From NCBI GenBank assembly GCA_963786935.1, contig CAWBAN010000005.1, positions 32,001 to 96,000 of the forward strand: a stretch of 64,000 nt of DNA. Direction: 5' to 3'. The DNA comes from an uncultured bacterium (GTDB lineage: Bacteria; Krumholzibacteriota; Krumholzibacteriia; Krumholzibacteriales; Krumholzibacteriaceae). The notes below the pieces were generated by a model. It was given only the letters and a program-made list of their open reading frames with translations. It did no database searches and had not been told where the DNA came from. Positions 1 to 10,622 of the stretch are shown piece after piece. The position numbers and the translations under genes were made by a program. The stretch's first letter is position 1. Every line of letters starts with the position of its first letter.

Positions 1-190
1 CGTCGCCATGAAAGCGCTCAAGGGCGGCGAGGCCATGAACGTGCTCGAAAAGGCGAAGCCCGGGCTGACCTTCGCGCAGGCGTCGATCGAGTGGGCGCTG
101 CGGGACAAGAAGATCGCCACGGTGCTAATCAGCATGCGCACCTTCGAGCACATCGACGAATACCTGAAGGTGTCGGGGAGCGGGCGCTAG
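1..190 (+). CDS. Aldo/keto reductase family protein, C-terminal fragment (runs off window start)
   Basis: C-terminal pattern AMKAL..G...AQASIEWAL....IATVLISM....HIDEYL resembles AKR C-termini; stop TAG at 188-190. Confidence 0.6.
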   Translation, partial: VAMKALKGGEAMNVLEKAKPGLTFAQASIEWALRDKKIATVLISMRTFEHIDEYLKVSGSGR

Positions 191-222
191 CGAACGAAAC
201 GCGCCGGGGCGAATTCACGCTC

Positions 223-1608
223 TCAATCGAGCCTGCCGGCGACCTGACGCCTGAAGTTCGCGTGCGCCCGACGCCCCATCTTGATGTTGTTCCGGTACGA
301 GACGTTCCCGATGAAGCTCAGGAGCGGTTTCCGGCGCCGCCACACGCTGCTCCACACCCTCCGCAGGATGTTGGGCACGGAATAGAAGGCGCCGTTGCAG
401 GAGTGCATCTCCCGCAGGATGTCGTCGGGAGAAAGATGCTTGTAGCGCGCGACCGGGAAGGTCAGCGTGTAGTATTTCCAGTCCTCGGGGAAATTGTCGA
501 GCGGGATGCGGCCTTCCGATTTCATCTTGTCCCAGAGGCGCGTGCCGGGGAGCGGCGTGAGAAACAGCGCGTTGAGGTTGTCGATGCCGTACCGGTCGGC
601 CACCTCGGCGATACGTCTGCCGATCCCTGCCTCGTCGACGTCCAGGCCGATGATGAACGAGCCGACGACGACGATGTTATGCCGCTGAATGCGCTGCACG
701 GCGGCGTGAAAATCGCGGTCCTTCATCATGTTGAATTTCTTGCCGAGGTCGAGGAGCTTCTCGGGATCGAGCGATTCGAATCCGATGAAGACGCCGTTGC
801 ACCCGGCCTTCGCGGCCAGCTCCATGAGCTCTTCGTCGTCGGCGAAGTTGATCGTCGCCTGCGCGATCCATTCCTTCTTCAGGTTCGCCTCGATCATCGC
901 GCGGAAGAGCGCCTTGGCGCGGGCGATGTGCTCGGGTCGCGTTCCGATGAGGTTGTCGTCCACCACGAGGACGTGCTTCTCGCGAATCATCCGGAATTCA
1001 CGAATCACGTCCTCGATGGGCCGCTGCCGGTAGTAGGCTCCGTTGAACGCCGTCACGCTGCAGAAGCTGCAGTTCAACGGGCAACCGCGCGTGGTCTGGA
1101 TCGCTCCGAGGGCATACCGCCCGTCGAGTAGATCGTGGCGCGCAACCGGGATATTCTCCAGCTCCGCCCGTCCGCCCTCGTACCGGAGCTGCAAGCGGCC
1201 CTGCCGCGCGTCTTCGAGGACGCGCGGCCATACGCTTTCGGCTTCGCCCGTGACGACGGAATCCACGTATTCCCGCGCCTCGTTTTCGCACATCGTCGCG
1301 TGGATCCCGCCGAGCACAACCGGCACACCGAGGCGCCGGAACATCCCGGCAACCTCGTAGGCGCGATTCGCCTGCGACGTGAAGGAGGTTATGCCCACGA
1401 GATCCGGCCGGGGCATGGCCCCATAGTCCGGCACGCCGAGGTTCTCGTCGACGATCGAGATTTCCCATTCGGGCGGCGTCAATCCCGCGAGAACCATGAG
1501 GCTGAGGGGCTTCCACACGCGATAGCGGTTCCAGCGGCTTTCCTTGACCCTGGCGAGGTTGATGAGGGGATTCGATGGATTGATCAGATACAGTCGCATA
1601 GCCGGCAT
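223..1608 (-). CDS. B12-binding domain radical SAM protein
   Basis: N-terminal cobalamin-binding-like region (PLSLMVLAG, VVLGGIHAT, GEAE) and RGCPLNCSFC (CxxxCxxC); alternative start at 1599. Confidence 0.9.
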   Translation of the reverse strand: MPAMRLYLINPSNPLINLARVKESRWNRYRVWKPLSLMVLAGLTPPEWEISIVDENLGVPDYGAMPRPDLVGITSFTSQANRAYEVAGMFRRLGVPVVLGGIHATMCENEAREYVDSVVTGEAESVWPRVLEDARQGRLQLRYEGGRAELENIPVARHDLLDGRYALGAIQTTRGCPLNCSFCSVTAFNGAYYRQRPIEDVIREFRMIREKHVLVVDDNLIGTRPEHIARAKALFRAMIEANLKKEWIAQATINFADDEELMELAAKAGCNGVFIGFESLDPEKLLDLGKKFNMMKDRDFHAAVQRIQRHNIVVVGSFIIGLDVDEAGIGRRIAEVADRYGIDNLNALFLTPLPGTRLWDKMKSEGRIPLDNFPEDWKYYTLTFPVARYKHLSPDDILREMHSCNGAFYSVPNILRRVWSSVWRRRKPLLSFIGNVSYRNNIKMGRRAHANFRRQVAGRLD

Positions 1609-1739
1609 TACATCACTGCGGAACAGCGCTTATCCTTTCCCCCTGTGCTTATTATTCGAAGGAAGCCCACGAGCGGCTTCCTTCGATTTCACGATCGGCG
1701 CGCGGGCCTGCCACCCGGCGCCGATTGCTTCGATAATCC

Positions 1740-2042
1740 CTAGTAGCTGCGCCTGAAGCCGCCTCTGCTGCCGCCGCCGCCGCCGCCGCGCGGGCCGTCG
1801 GTGCGAGGGCGAGCTTCGTTGACGTTGAGCGTGCGGCCCATGAAATCCTTGCCGTTCAGGCCCTCGATCGCCTTCTTGGCTTCGGCGTCGTTGGACATTT
1901 CCACGAATCCGAATCCCTTCGGCCGGCCCGTGTCCCTGTCCATGATGATCGTCACGGAGTCGACCGTGCCGTGAGCCTCGAACGCTTTCCGCAGTTCGGC
2001 TTCGCTCGAATCGAAGGACATGTTGCCCACATAAATCTTCAT
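1740..2042 (-). CDS. RRM (RNP-1) RNA-binding protein with Gly/Arg-rich tail
   Basis: RNP2 KIYVGNM, RNP1 KGFGFVEM, RBS GGAGG upstream. Confidence 0.95.
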   Translation of the reverse strand: MKIYVGNMSFDSSEAELRKAFEAHGTVDSVTIIMDRDTGRPKGFGFVEMSNDAEAKKAIEGLNGKDFMGRTLNVNEARPRTDGPRGGGGGGSRGGFRRSY

Positions 2043-2203
2043 CGTGACCTCCTATCGGTCTCGCGTGAAAAAAGGAACGCCGTCGCAGATATTCTTGGAA
2101 AGGAATTTCGCAAGCCCCGAATAGAGAGGATCAACAAGGCAGGTTCTGATTCTCATCCGCATCTGGATTCCCTACATTCGATTCCAAATCTCCGACAGGG
2201 CTC

Positions 2204-2231
2204 AATATAGAGCAATTCGGAATAAAAGCAA
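2204..2231 (-). promoter_or_regulatory. Putative sigma70 promoter of the first RRM gene
   Basis: Minus strand TTGCTT-N16-TATATT in an AT-rich intergenic region. Confidence 0.5.
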
Positions 2232-2260
2232 GCAAAAATAATGTCGATAAATCGCTCGAC

Positions 2261-4129
2261 TCAATGATCCAGGAACCGGCTGGTCTCGGTCATCACCGTC
2301 TTCAGGAGGTTCGGTGTCGGCGGCGCCGCCTGCGTCCGCAGGTCGTTCAGTTTGTATCTCCGCGAATAGGGGAGCATGATCTCATAGACGTCGTCCCCGA
2401 ACACGAACGCATGGGAGACGTAGCTGCCGATCACGAGCGGCCGCGGCGCGTTCGACTCGTCGAACAGGTTCTTTCCGTTGCTGTATTCGCTCGCGTCGCT
2501 CGCGCATCCGAAGTAGTCCTCGAGCAACGTCGGCGCCAGGTCGATGTGCGACGTCCGTCTCTCGATGCGGATCGGCGGGCGGCCGGGGGCATGGATGACG
2601 AACGGCACGTGCACCTGATTCTCCGTGAAGTTGCTCCCGTGCCCCCAGAAGTTGGATCCCTGCTCGTTGAACGATTCGGCGTGATCCGTGGTGATGACGA
2701 CGATCGTCCGGCCCGTCTCGCCGATCGTCTCCAGCGTGTCGAGAACGGCGCCCGCGATCGAGTCGACATAGTGGAGCGAGTTGCGGTAGTCGTTGAGGAA
2801 CGGCGCGGGATCGGTGCTTTTCTTCAGGGCCAGCCCCACGTTCTTCGCGCGGCCGAAAATCGCGCGATCGCCCGGATATTCGTACGGCGCGTGGGACGAT
2901 TTGAAAAACGCGAGCGCCATGAACGGGCGCCCGTCCCGGGCGCTCCCCGCCATGAATCCCATGAGCTGACGGGCCATATCCTCGTCCTGCTCCGGAATGG
3001 TCCTTCCCGAAAAGGTCTCGTGGATCTCGATGCCGTTGAACATCGTGGCCGCGATCTTGTGCCGGTCGAAATTCGACTTCGCGAAGATGCCGAACTCGTA
3101 TCCGCGGCTCTTCAACACGTCGATGAGCACCGGGTTGTCGATCGATGCGCTGTTGGCTTTGACGGCCGGCCAATACGTCGGATGAAGCCCGTAGAACAGG
3201 CCGAAGAGCCCGCAGGTCGTCTGATTGCCGGAGCTCAGGTGGTTCGCGCAGACCGCGGAGCGGCGGCCGAACGCGTACAGCCGGGGGGTCGTCGTCTCGT
3301 CGAAGGCGTCGGCGCGCCAGCTCTCGATCAGGAGGAAGAGGATGTTGGGCGGCCGTTCGCCGCGCGGCGCATCGAACCGGAGGTCGGTCAGCGGGTACCG
3401 CATCGATGCTCCCGAGCCGTCACCGTCGTCCTGCCCGGAGCGAGGGTCTCCGAGGGGGAGCAAATCTCCGTATTTCTGCGCATGGCGATGCGAGACGATG
3501 GGGAGGTAGGCCGGGAGGCGAGGCGTGAGGCTCGTAATCCGCCGGTCGTTTCGCTCGTAGGTCACGACGTGCAGCGTCTGGCTGACGGCGAAGGCCAGCA
3601 CCGCGATCACGAGGAACGTCCGCACGAAGCCCTTACGTTTCGCGAATCGCGACGCCAGCGAGAAGATGCCGGTTTCCACCACGGCGACGCCGAGCAGCAT
3701 CGCGCAGACCGCGATCAGCGTCGCGCGCGGCACGCCGAGGCTGTCGAAATCCCTGAAGGCGAACTCCATCCAGAAGGGATCGATGTGGAACTTGAAAATG
3801 CCGTACACGTAGCTGTCCAGGAACAGAAAAAAGACGAAGAGCACGACGGCGAGCCCGCTGGCGGCGACGGCGAGCCGCCGCACCGGAACGAGAATGAAGA
3901 AGATCGCGGTGACGATCGCCAGGAGCGGCAGCCCGTAGTAGCCGAACGCGAGGTTCGAGACATAGAACCACGAGAGCCACGTCAGATCCTCCGTGCCCGC
4001 GTCGCGCATGAGAATCAGGAGGATCAGCGGCACGTTCAGCACGAGAAACGCCACGATGAGACGGTACGCCGCCGCCCTGTCGAGAAGAATCTCGCGTATG
4101 GCGTTCCGCCTTCTGGCCAATACTTCCAT
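2261..4129 (-). CDS. YejM/PbgA-like inner-membrane sulfatase-fold protein (DUF3413 + sulfatase)
   Basis: About 5 N-terminal TM helices, then NILFLLIESWRAD, HLSSGNQT..GLFGLFYG, ITTDH, WGHGSNF, TSHIDLAPTL. Confidence 0.8.
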   Translation of the reverse strand: MEVLARRRNAIREILLDRAAAYRLIVAFLVLNVPLILLILMRDAGTEDLTWLSWFYVSNLAFGYYGLPLLAIVTAIFFILVPVRRLAVAASGLAVVLFVFFLFLDSYVYGIFKFHIDPFWMEFAFRDFDSLGVPRATLIAVCAMLLGVAVVETGIFSLASRFAKRKGFVRTFLVIAVLAFAVSQTLHVVTYERNDRRITSLTPRLPAYLPIVSHRHAQKYGDLLPLGDPRSGQDDGDGSGASMRYPLTDLRFDAPRGERPPNILFLLIESWRADAFDETTTPRLYAFGRRSAVCANHLSSGNQTTCGLFGLFYGLHPTYWPAVKANSASIDNPVLIDVLKSRGYEFGIFAKSNFDRHKIAATMFNGIEIHETFSGRTIPEQDEDMARQLMGFMAGSARDGRPFMALAFFKSSHAPYEYPGDRAIFGRAKNVGLALKKSTDPAPFLNDYRNSLHYVDSIAGAVLDTLETIGETGRTIVVITTDHAESFNEQGSNFWGHGSNFTENQVHVPFVIHAPGRPPIRIERRTSHIDLAPTLLEDYFGCASDASEYSNGKNLFDESNAPRPLVIGSYVSHAFVFGDDVYEIMLPYSRRYKLNDLRTQAAPPTPNLLKTVMTETSRFLDH

Positions 4130-4144
4130 TCGTGTCCGCCTGCG

Positions 4145-5707
4145 TCACGCGAGCCCGAGGAGCGGGAGGAGCAGCCGCAGCCCCACCCAGATGATGAGCC
4201 CCCCGCCGATATCGAAGAGCACGCCGGCGCGGATCATCTTCGTGATCGGGATCATTCCGGAGCCGTAGACGATGGCGTTCGGGGGCGTCGAGACGGGGAG
4301 CATGAAGCCCCACGACGCGCCGAGCGTCGCTCCGATGGCGGGAGGCACGGGATTGAGCCCCGCGGCCTGCGCGAGCGAGATGATGACGGGAACCACCATG
4401 GTCGCCGATGCCGTGTTGGACGTCGTCTCGCTGAAGAGGATGCTGATGAAGACGGCCGCGAACGTGACTCCCCACATGGAACTTGCGCCGCTCAACCTCA
4501 GAAGCGTCTGTCCGAGGGAGCTCGCGAGCCCCGTCTGAAACATGAGCTCCCCGAGGGTGATTCCGCCGCCGAAGAGGAGCAGCGTCCCCCAATCGATCTG
4601 CACAGCCTGCTTCCACGTCAGCGTGAATTCCCGCTTCTTCCAATCGACGGGCAGGATGAAGAGAAGCCCCGCCGCGATGAGCGCCGCGACTGCCTCCGGG
4701 ACGCGGGTCCCGTAGCCTTTGAAGAGCGGCGCGTCGGTGCCGAGGAGCGCGAGGAAGCCGGGGACGATCCACAGCGATACCGCGACGAGAAACGCGATGA
4801 GGACGTTCCGCTGCCCCCGCGTCCAGCCCCCGAGCTTCGCTAGCTCTTCTTTCACGAACTCGCGGCAGCCTTCGACGCACCGGATCTCCGGCTTGTGCAG
4901 GGCGCGCATCAGGATGAAGAGAAAAAGGTACATGACGATCAGCATGGGCACGGAGAAAAGCATCCACTGGAAGAAGGGGATCTTCACGCCGGCCAGCTTC
5001 TCGATCATGGCGAGGCCGATAAGGTTGGGCGGCGTGCCCACGGGCGTACCGATCCCGCCGGCGGAGGCCGCATAGGCGGCCATGAGCATCATTCCCGTTC
5101 CGAAGCGCAGGCGGTGCGGATCGACCTCCTGCCCCGTCTGCCGCGCGATCACGTCGGACATCGTATAGACGATACCGAGCCCGATGGGGAACATCATCGC
5201 CGTGGTCGCGGTGTTGCTGATCCACATCGAGGCGAAGGCGGCGACGGCGCCGAACATGAACATGGTGCGTCCGGCCGAGCTTCCGACCCATCGAATGGAC
5301 ATGAGCCCGTACGCGAAGCGCTTGTCGAGCCGGTGAACGGCCATTCCTTCGGCGAGAATGAAGCTGCCGAGGAAGAGGTAGATCGTCGGATCGGCGAAGG
5401 GGGCGAAGACCGCTTTCGCGGGAGCCACGCCGAAGAGCACGCACAGCACGGCGCCGATCATCGCCGTGACGGGGATCGGAATCGGCTCCGTGACCCACCA
5501 GATGACGACCCAGGCGATGATCGCCGCGAGGCGGTGCGCCTGCGTGCTGAGGCCCGGCATCGCGACGATGAGCAGCGCTATCGCCGCAAGGGGGCCGAGA
5601 AAAAGGCCGATCGTGTTCCGCCGGCGCTCGAAGCGCTCCTCGGCGGGCGTGAGCCGCGCCTTGACCTCCGATAAGCTCCGGTAGCTGTTGCGTTCGAAGT
5701 GCGGCAT
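4145..5707 (-). CDS. DASS/SLC13 family sodium-coupled anion symporter
   Basis: Multi-TM protein with WISNTATTAMM, GTPVGTPPN, SNTASA and FMLPVSTPPNAIV motifs; start chosen at ATG 5707. Confidence 0.92.
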   Translation of the reverse strand: MPHFERNSYRSLSEVKARLTPAEERFERRRNTIGLFLGPLAAIALLIVAMPGLSTQAHRLAAIIAWVVIWWVTEPIPIPVTAMIGAVLCVLFGVAPAKAVFAPFADPTIYLFLGSFILAEGMAVHRLDKRFAYGLMSIRWVGSSAGRTMFMFGAVAAFASMWISNTATTAMMFPIGLGIVYTMSDVIARQTGQEVDPHRLRFGTGMMLMAAYAASAGGIGTPVGTPPNLIGLAMIEKLAGVKIPFFQWMLFSVPMLIVMYLFLFILMRALHKPEIRCVEGCREFVKEELAKLGGWTRGQRNVLIAFLVAVSLWIVPGFLALLGTDAPLFKGYGTRVPEAVAALIAAGLLFILPVDWKKREFTLTWKQAVQIDWGTLLLFGGGITLGELMFQTGLASSLGQTLLRLSGASSMWGVTFAAVFISILFSETTSNTASATMVVPVIISLAQAAGLNPVPPAIGATLGASWGFMLPVSTPPNAIVYGSGMIPITKMIRAGVLFDIGGGLIIWVGLRLLLPLLGLA

Positions 5708-5777
5708 GTGTCCGCGTCCCCTTTCGAATGGGGAGACTATACTTCGTAATAGGAATCGGTGCAACGTTGATAGCGGA

Positions 5778-8126
5778 TCACGGTTCGAGATTCATTTTCC
5801 GCAGCAGGGCCCGGTAACGCGGATTGTCCCGGACGGGGGCCAGCAACGGACCTTCGGGTTTCATATTGCTGATCACGGCCGCGTCCCGCTCTTCGACGCC
5901 CCTCTCCAGCCATTCCATGACGCGATCCCATTCCCCCAGGCCCGAGTAAGCCACCGTCATGGCGAAGGGCGATACGTACTCCGTTCGGTTTCGCGCCATC
6001 AACTGCTCCAGTATCGCCTCCGCATCGGCGCGCCGGCCCGCGAGCCCATAGGCCATCGCGAGTGTTCCGAGCGCTATCGCGTTGCGGTCGGATAGCTCGC
6101 ATGCCTTCCGTGCCTCGGCAATCGCGTCCTCGGACTTTTTCACTTGCCCGTATTCCAGGGCGAGCGCCCAATGAGGCCGCCAAAGACTCGGATCCAGTTC
6201 GATCGCACGCCGGTACTGCGCGATTGCCGTATCGTGCCGTCCCATGGAATAATGCATGATGCCCAGCCAGGTGTTGTAGTTCGCCGAGAGCGGGTCCAGT
6301 TCCACCGCCTCCCGGATTTGCTGCAATGCTTCGCTCGATCGCCCCATCGGCCGAAGGAGCCAGAATCCATAGCTGTAGCGGACGATCGGGGACGCCGGGT
6401 TGAGCTCCAGGGCGCGGCGAAATTCCCTCTCGGCGCCCGTCCAATCGAAGTCGTAGATTCCGAGAACTATCCCTAACATGGCGTGCGCTTCGGCCAGCGT
6501 GTCATCCCGCTTGAGGGCCTCCATGGCCGCCGATTTGGCCTTGAGAAGATCCTCTTTCGGGTGTTTGAAGCTCCAGAGGGAGCTGTAGAAGTGGAACTCC
6601 GCTAAACCTGCGTAGGCCAGCGCGTAGTCCGGATCGATCGCGATGGCCTGCTCCAGATACTCCCTGCCTTTCGTGAGCGACTCCGGGGTCATCCTGAGCA
6701 CGCTATGACGTCCCCTCAGAAACAGGTGGTACGCCTCAATGCTTTCCGTGTGCCGTCTCACCAACGGTCCCTCCCCCGCAAGACGCACACGCAGCTTCTC
6801 TACGATGGCCTGCGATATCTCGTCCTGGATGGCGAAAACGTCCGTCATTTCCCGATCGAAACGCTGGCTCCACAGGTGATACCCGTCGCTCGTCTTGACG
6901 AGCTGCGCCGTCACCCGGAGGCGATTGCCCGACCGGCGCACGCTTCCTTCCAGAATATGCTCCACGCCGAGCTGCGCCCCGATCTCGCGGACGTCCAGCT
7001 CTTTATCGCGGAAGGAGAAGGCGGAGGTCCGCGCCGTCACGCGCAGCCCCGGCACTCGCGTCAGGGCGTCGATGATGTCCTCGGCCAGCCCGTCGCTGAA
7101 ATAATCGTCGTCCTTGCTGTCGCTCATGTTCTCGAAGGGAAGCACGGCGATGGATTGCTGCCCCTGAGCCGTCTCGTGCCGCGATTTCCCGATGAGAAGA
7201 AGAGCGACGGTCGCGGCGGCGACGATCGCGAGGGCCGCCGGCAGCCACATCCTGAGGGCGAGCCGCCGCGGGCGGGCCGGAGGCCGCGCTGTGCCCCGCG
7301 CCGCGGTGGACGCCGAGTCTCGCGCGGCGCCCTTCAGATCGACAATGATATCGTCCGCATGCTGATATCGCTCCGAGGGCTTCTTGGCGAGCGCCTTCTT
7401 CACGATCCGTTCGAGCTCCATCGGGATGCCCGAACGGAGCGATGTGACAGGCGGCGGTTCCTCGTTCATGATCGCATAGAGCGTCGACTGCTCGTATTCC
7501 CCGGGGAAAGCATGCTTTCCCGTCAGCATCTCGTAGAGCACCGCGCCGAGCGAGAAGATGTCGCTTCGCGCATCCACCTCTTCGCCGCGGGTCTGCTCGG
7601 GAGACATATACTGCGCGGTCCCGAGCGTCGAGCCCGTCTTGGTGAGCTTTGCCCCGCCGAGCTTCGCGAGGCCGAAGTCCACGATCTTCACGAGACAGTC
7701 CTTCGTGACGACAATATTCGCCGGCTTGATGTCGCGGTGAATGATCTTCCGCTCGTGCGCCTTGGAGAGGCCCTGGGCAATCTGGGCGGCGACGTCGAGC
7801 GCCTCGTCGAGCGCGAGCGGCCCGCGCTCGATCTTCGCCTTGAGCGATTCGCCTTCGTAGCAGGCCATCGCGATGAAGAGCTGCCCCTCGGCGGTCTCGT
7901 CTATTTCATGGATATTGCAGATGTTCGGGTGATCGAGGGCGGAGGCGGACCGGGCCTCCTGAACAAAACGCTTCTTGGCTTCGCCGTCGCGGGTCAGCTC
8001 GGGGGGGAGGAACTTGAGCGCCACCATGCGGCCGAGCTTGGTGTCCTCGGCCTTGTACACAACGCCCATCCCGCCCTCGCCGAGCTTCGAGAGGATCTTG
8101 TAGTGAGATATCGTTTTGCCGAGCAT
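5778..8126 (-). CDS. Ser/Thr protein kinase with TM, TolB_N-like domain and TPR repeats
   Basis: [37 protein letters not shown] segment; SIAVLPFENMS...YFSDGLAEDII; TPR repeats. Confidence 0.95.
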   Translation of the reverse strand: MLGKTISHYKILSKLGEGGMGVVYKAEDTKLGRMVALKFLPPELTRDGEAKKRFVQEARSASALDHPNICNIHEIDETAEGQLFIAMACYEGESLKAKIERGPLALDEALDVAAQIAQGLSKAHERKIIHRDIKPANIVVTKDCLVKIVDFGLAKLGGAKLTKTGSTLGTAQYMSPEQTRGEEVDARSDIFSLGAVLYEMLTGKHAFPGEYEQSTLYAIMNEEPPPVTSLRSGIPMELERIVKKALAKKPSERYQHADDIIVDLKGAARDSASTAARGTARPPARPRRLALRMWLPAALAIVAAATVALLLIGKSRHETAQGQQSIAVLPFENMSDSKDDDYFSDGLAEDIIDALTRVPGLRVTARTSAFSFRDKELDVREIGAQLGVEHILEGSVRRSGNRLRVTAQLVKTSDGYHLWSQRFDREMTDVFAIQDEISQAIVEKLRVRLAGEGPLVRRHTESIEAYHLFLRGRHSVLRMTPESLTKGREYLEQAIAIDPDYALAYAGLAEFHFYSSLWSFKHPKEDLLKAKSAAMEALKRDDTLAEAHAMLGIVLGIYDFDWTGAEREFRRALELNPASPIVRYSYGFWLLRPMGRSSEALQQIREAVELDPLSANYNTWLGIMHYSMGRHDTAIAQYRRAIELDPSLWRPHWALALEYGQVKKSEDAIAEARKACELSDRNAIALGTLAMAYGLAGRRADAEAILEQLMARNRTEYVSPFAMTVAYSGLGEWDRVMEWLERGVEERDAAVISNMKPEGPLLAPVRDNPRYRALLRKMNLEP

Positions 8127-8167
8127 GGGACCGTTGTCCTCCAGCCCCTCATCAACGAGACGCCCGT

Positions 8168-10467
8168 TCAGGGCTCCAGGTTCATCTTCCGCAGCAGCGC
8201 CTGATAGGCAGGAAAAGAACGCACGCGATCATAGGTCGGCCCGCCCCTCAGTCCGGTCACAAGGAGCGGATCGCGCTCTTCGACACCCCTTGCCATCCAC
8301 TCGAGGCCCCCGTCCAGTGCTCCGACGCCGAAATGGGCCCATGCAAGAGCACGACGAGGGGACATAGACCGACCGCCGCCGTGCCATCAATTCCTCCAGA
8401 ACCCGCTGCGCTTCGGCGTGCCGTCCGGCGCGGCCGTAGATGCTGCCCAGGGCTCCCAGAGTCAGCGCATTCCCCCCAGAGAGCTCGTTCGCCCTTTCTG
8501 CAGCAGCAATAGCCTCGTCGAACCAACCACCGTGCACATAGGTCACCGCCAGCAGCCAATGGGAGAAGAAGAAGGTCGGAGAAAGGTCGATGGCATGCAG
8601 CTGTTGTTTGACCGCAGGCTCGAATTGCCGCATGCAGTGAAGCAGATACCCCACGAGAGTGTTGTAGAACGGATCGAGCGGGTCCATCTCCAACGCACGC
8701 CGCATCTCTGCAAGGGCCTCTTGGGTTCGTCCCTGCGGAAACAAGTACCAAAGGGCGTAGCACCACGCGTAGTCGTATCGGACAGACCCGGAAGATGGAT
8801 GCAGCTCCAGGGCACGGCCGAACTCGCGCTCGGCTCCGGCCCAATCGAATTCACCGCAGCCGAGGACAGTCCCGAGCGCGCTGTGTGCGTCGGCGATGGT
8901 GTCGTCGAGTCCAAGGGCCTTGAGCGCCGCCGACTTGGCCCCGGGGAAGGAGTCCAGTGGATTCGTGGCTCCCCAGATAGGCACTCCACACGTGGGCTTC
9001 TGCCAGTACGACATACGCCAGGGCGTAGTTCGGGTCGAGCGCGATGGCCTGCTCACAGTACCGGCGGCCCGCCTCGCGCCCTTCCTGCGTCATCTTCAGA
9101 AGGTGATACCGGGCTTTCAGACAGAGGTCGTAGGCAGCGAGATTCTCCGTGTACCGCTTGACGAGCGGACGATCACCCGCCAGCCGCACCCGCAGCTTCT
9201 CCACGATGGCCTGCGAGATCTCGTCCTGAATGGCGAACACGTCGGTCATCTCCCGGTCGAAGCGCTGGCTCCACAGGTGGTACCCGTCGCTCGCTTTGAC
9301 GAGCTGTGCCGTCACGCGGATGCGGCTGCCCGCCCGGCGCACGCTTCCTTCCAGGATGTGCTCCACGTTGAGCCGCGCGCCGATCTCGCGGACGTCTGCT
9401 TCCTTGCCGCGGAAGGAGAAGGCCGAGGTCCGCGCCATCACCCGCAGCCCCGGCACTTGCGCCAGGGCGTCGATGATGTCCTCGGCCAGTCCGTCGCTGA
9501 AGTACTCGTTCTCCTTATCCGCGCTCAGATTCGCAAACGGCAGCACGGCGATCGAGGGGACCGCTCTGCCGCATCTCGCGACGCCGGTGTCCACGGGTTC
9601 GGATTCGAATCGTCTCTTCAGACGATTGAGTGAAGGGCCGAGCAGATCAGTTGTCTTCTGGTACCGACTCGCGCCGAGCTCTTGAGATCGAGCATGCTTC
9701 GTCGCAGATGAGGTCGTTCACAGATTTCTTGACGAGCGTCTTTTCGAGGCGTTCAGAGTTCAACGGGACGCCCGAGGCGCGAGTGATTGGCTACGACGCC
9801 TCGTTCACAATCGAATAGCTCACCGCCTGCTCGTACTCGCCTTTGAACGGCAGTTTCTCCCGTTGTCATCTCGTACAAACAACGCGCCGAGAGCCCAGAT
9901 ATCGGAGCGGTGATCGACGTCGCCGCCTCTCAGCTGCTCGGGAGACAAAGCTCGCCGTCCCGGGAGTCGCTCCGGTTCTCGTCAACTTTGTTCGCCCGGC
10001 GAGCTTCGCGAGTCCGAAGTCGACGATCTTCACGAGCCCGTCATTCGTGATGAGAATGTTCGCAGGCTTGATGTCCCGGTGAACGATCTTCCGCTCATGC
10101 GCCTTGGCGAGGCCCTGCGCAATCTGAACAGCGATATCGAGCGCCTCGTCGACCGCGAGCGGCCCGCGCTCGATCTTCGCCTTGAGCGATTCGCCTTCGT
10201 AGCAGGCCATGGCGATGAAGAGCTGCCCCTCGGCGGTCTCGTCGATTTCATGGACAGTGCAGATGTTCGGGTGATCGAGGGCCGAGGCGGCCCGGGCTTC
10301 CTGGACAAAACGCTTCTTGGCTTCGCTTTCTCGCGTGAGCTCGGGGGGAGGAACTTGAGCGCCACGGTGCGGCCGAGCTTCGTATCCTCGGCGCGATAGA
10401 CCACACCCATCCCGCCCTCGCCGAGCTTCTCGAGGATTCTGTAGTGAGATATCGTTTTTCCGAGCAT
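8168..10467 (-). pseudogene. Second kinase-TolB_N-TPR paralog, broken by multiple frameshifts (pseudogene or assembly error)
   Basis: [21 protein letters not shown] at 10467; kinase, SIAVLPFANLS and TPR segments are spread over at least 5 ORF fragments; ends ALLRKMNLEP like the intact copy. Confidence 0.85.
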
Positions 10468-10538
10468 TGCGCTCCCGGAGAACGGAAACGGCATCCACCC
10501 GTGTGGGTGCCCCGGCCGATTTCCATTAACCCGGAGCG

Positions 10539-10567
10539 ATTCTAGCAGAATCGCCCGCGGCGGTCAA
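10539..10567 (-). promoter_or_regulatory. Putative sigma70 promoter of the kinase pair
   Basis: Minus strand TTGACC-N17-TAGAAT. Confidence 0.65.
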
Positions 10568-10622
10568 AGAGAAGCCGAGTGACCTTCCGGTACCTACTTC
10601 ATTGTGCTCGAGTCGGGAGAGC

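Noticed and set aside
6770..9560. Near-identical segments as a possible diversity-generating retroelement TR/VR pair
   Set aside because: Differences look mostly synonymous and not adenine-specific; no reverse transcriptase in the window
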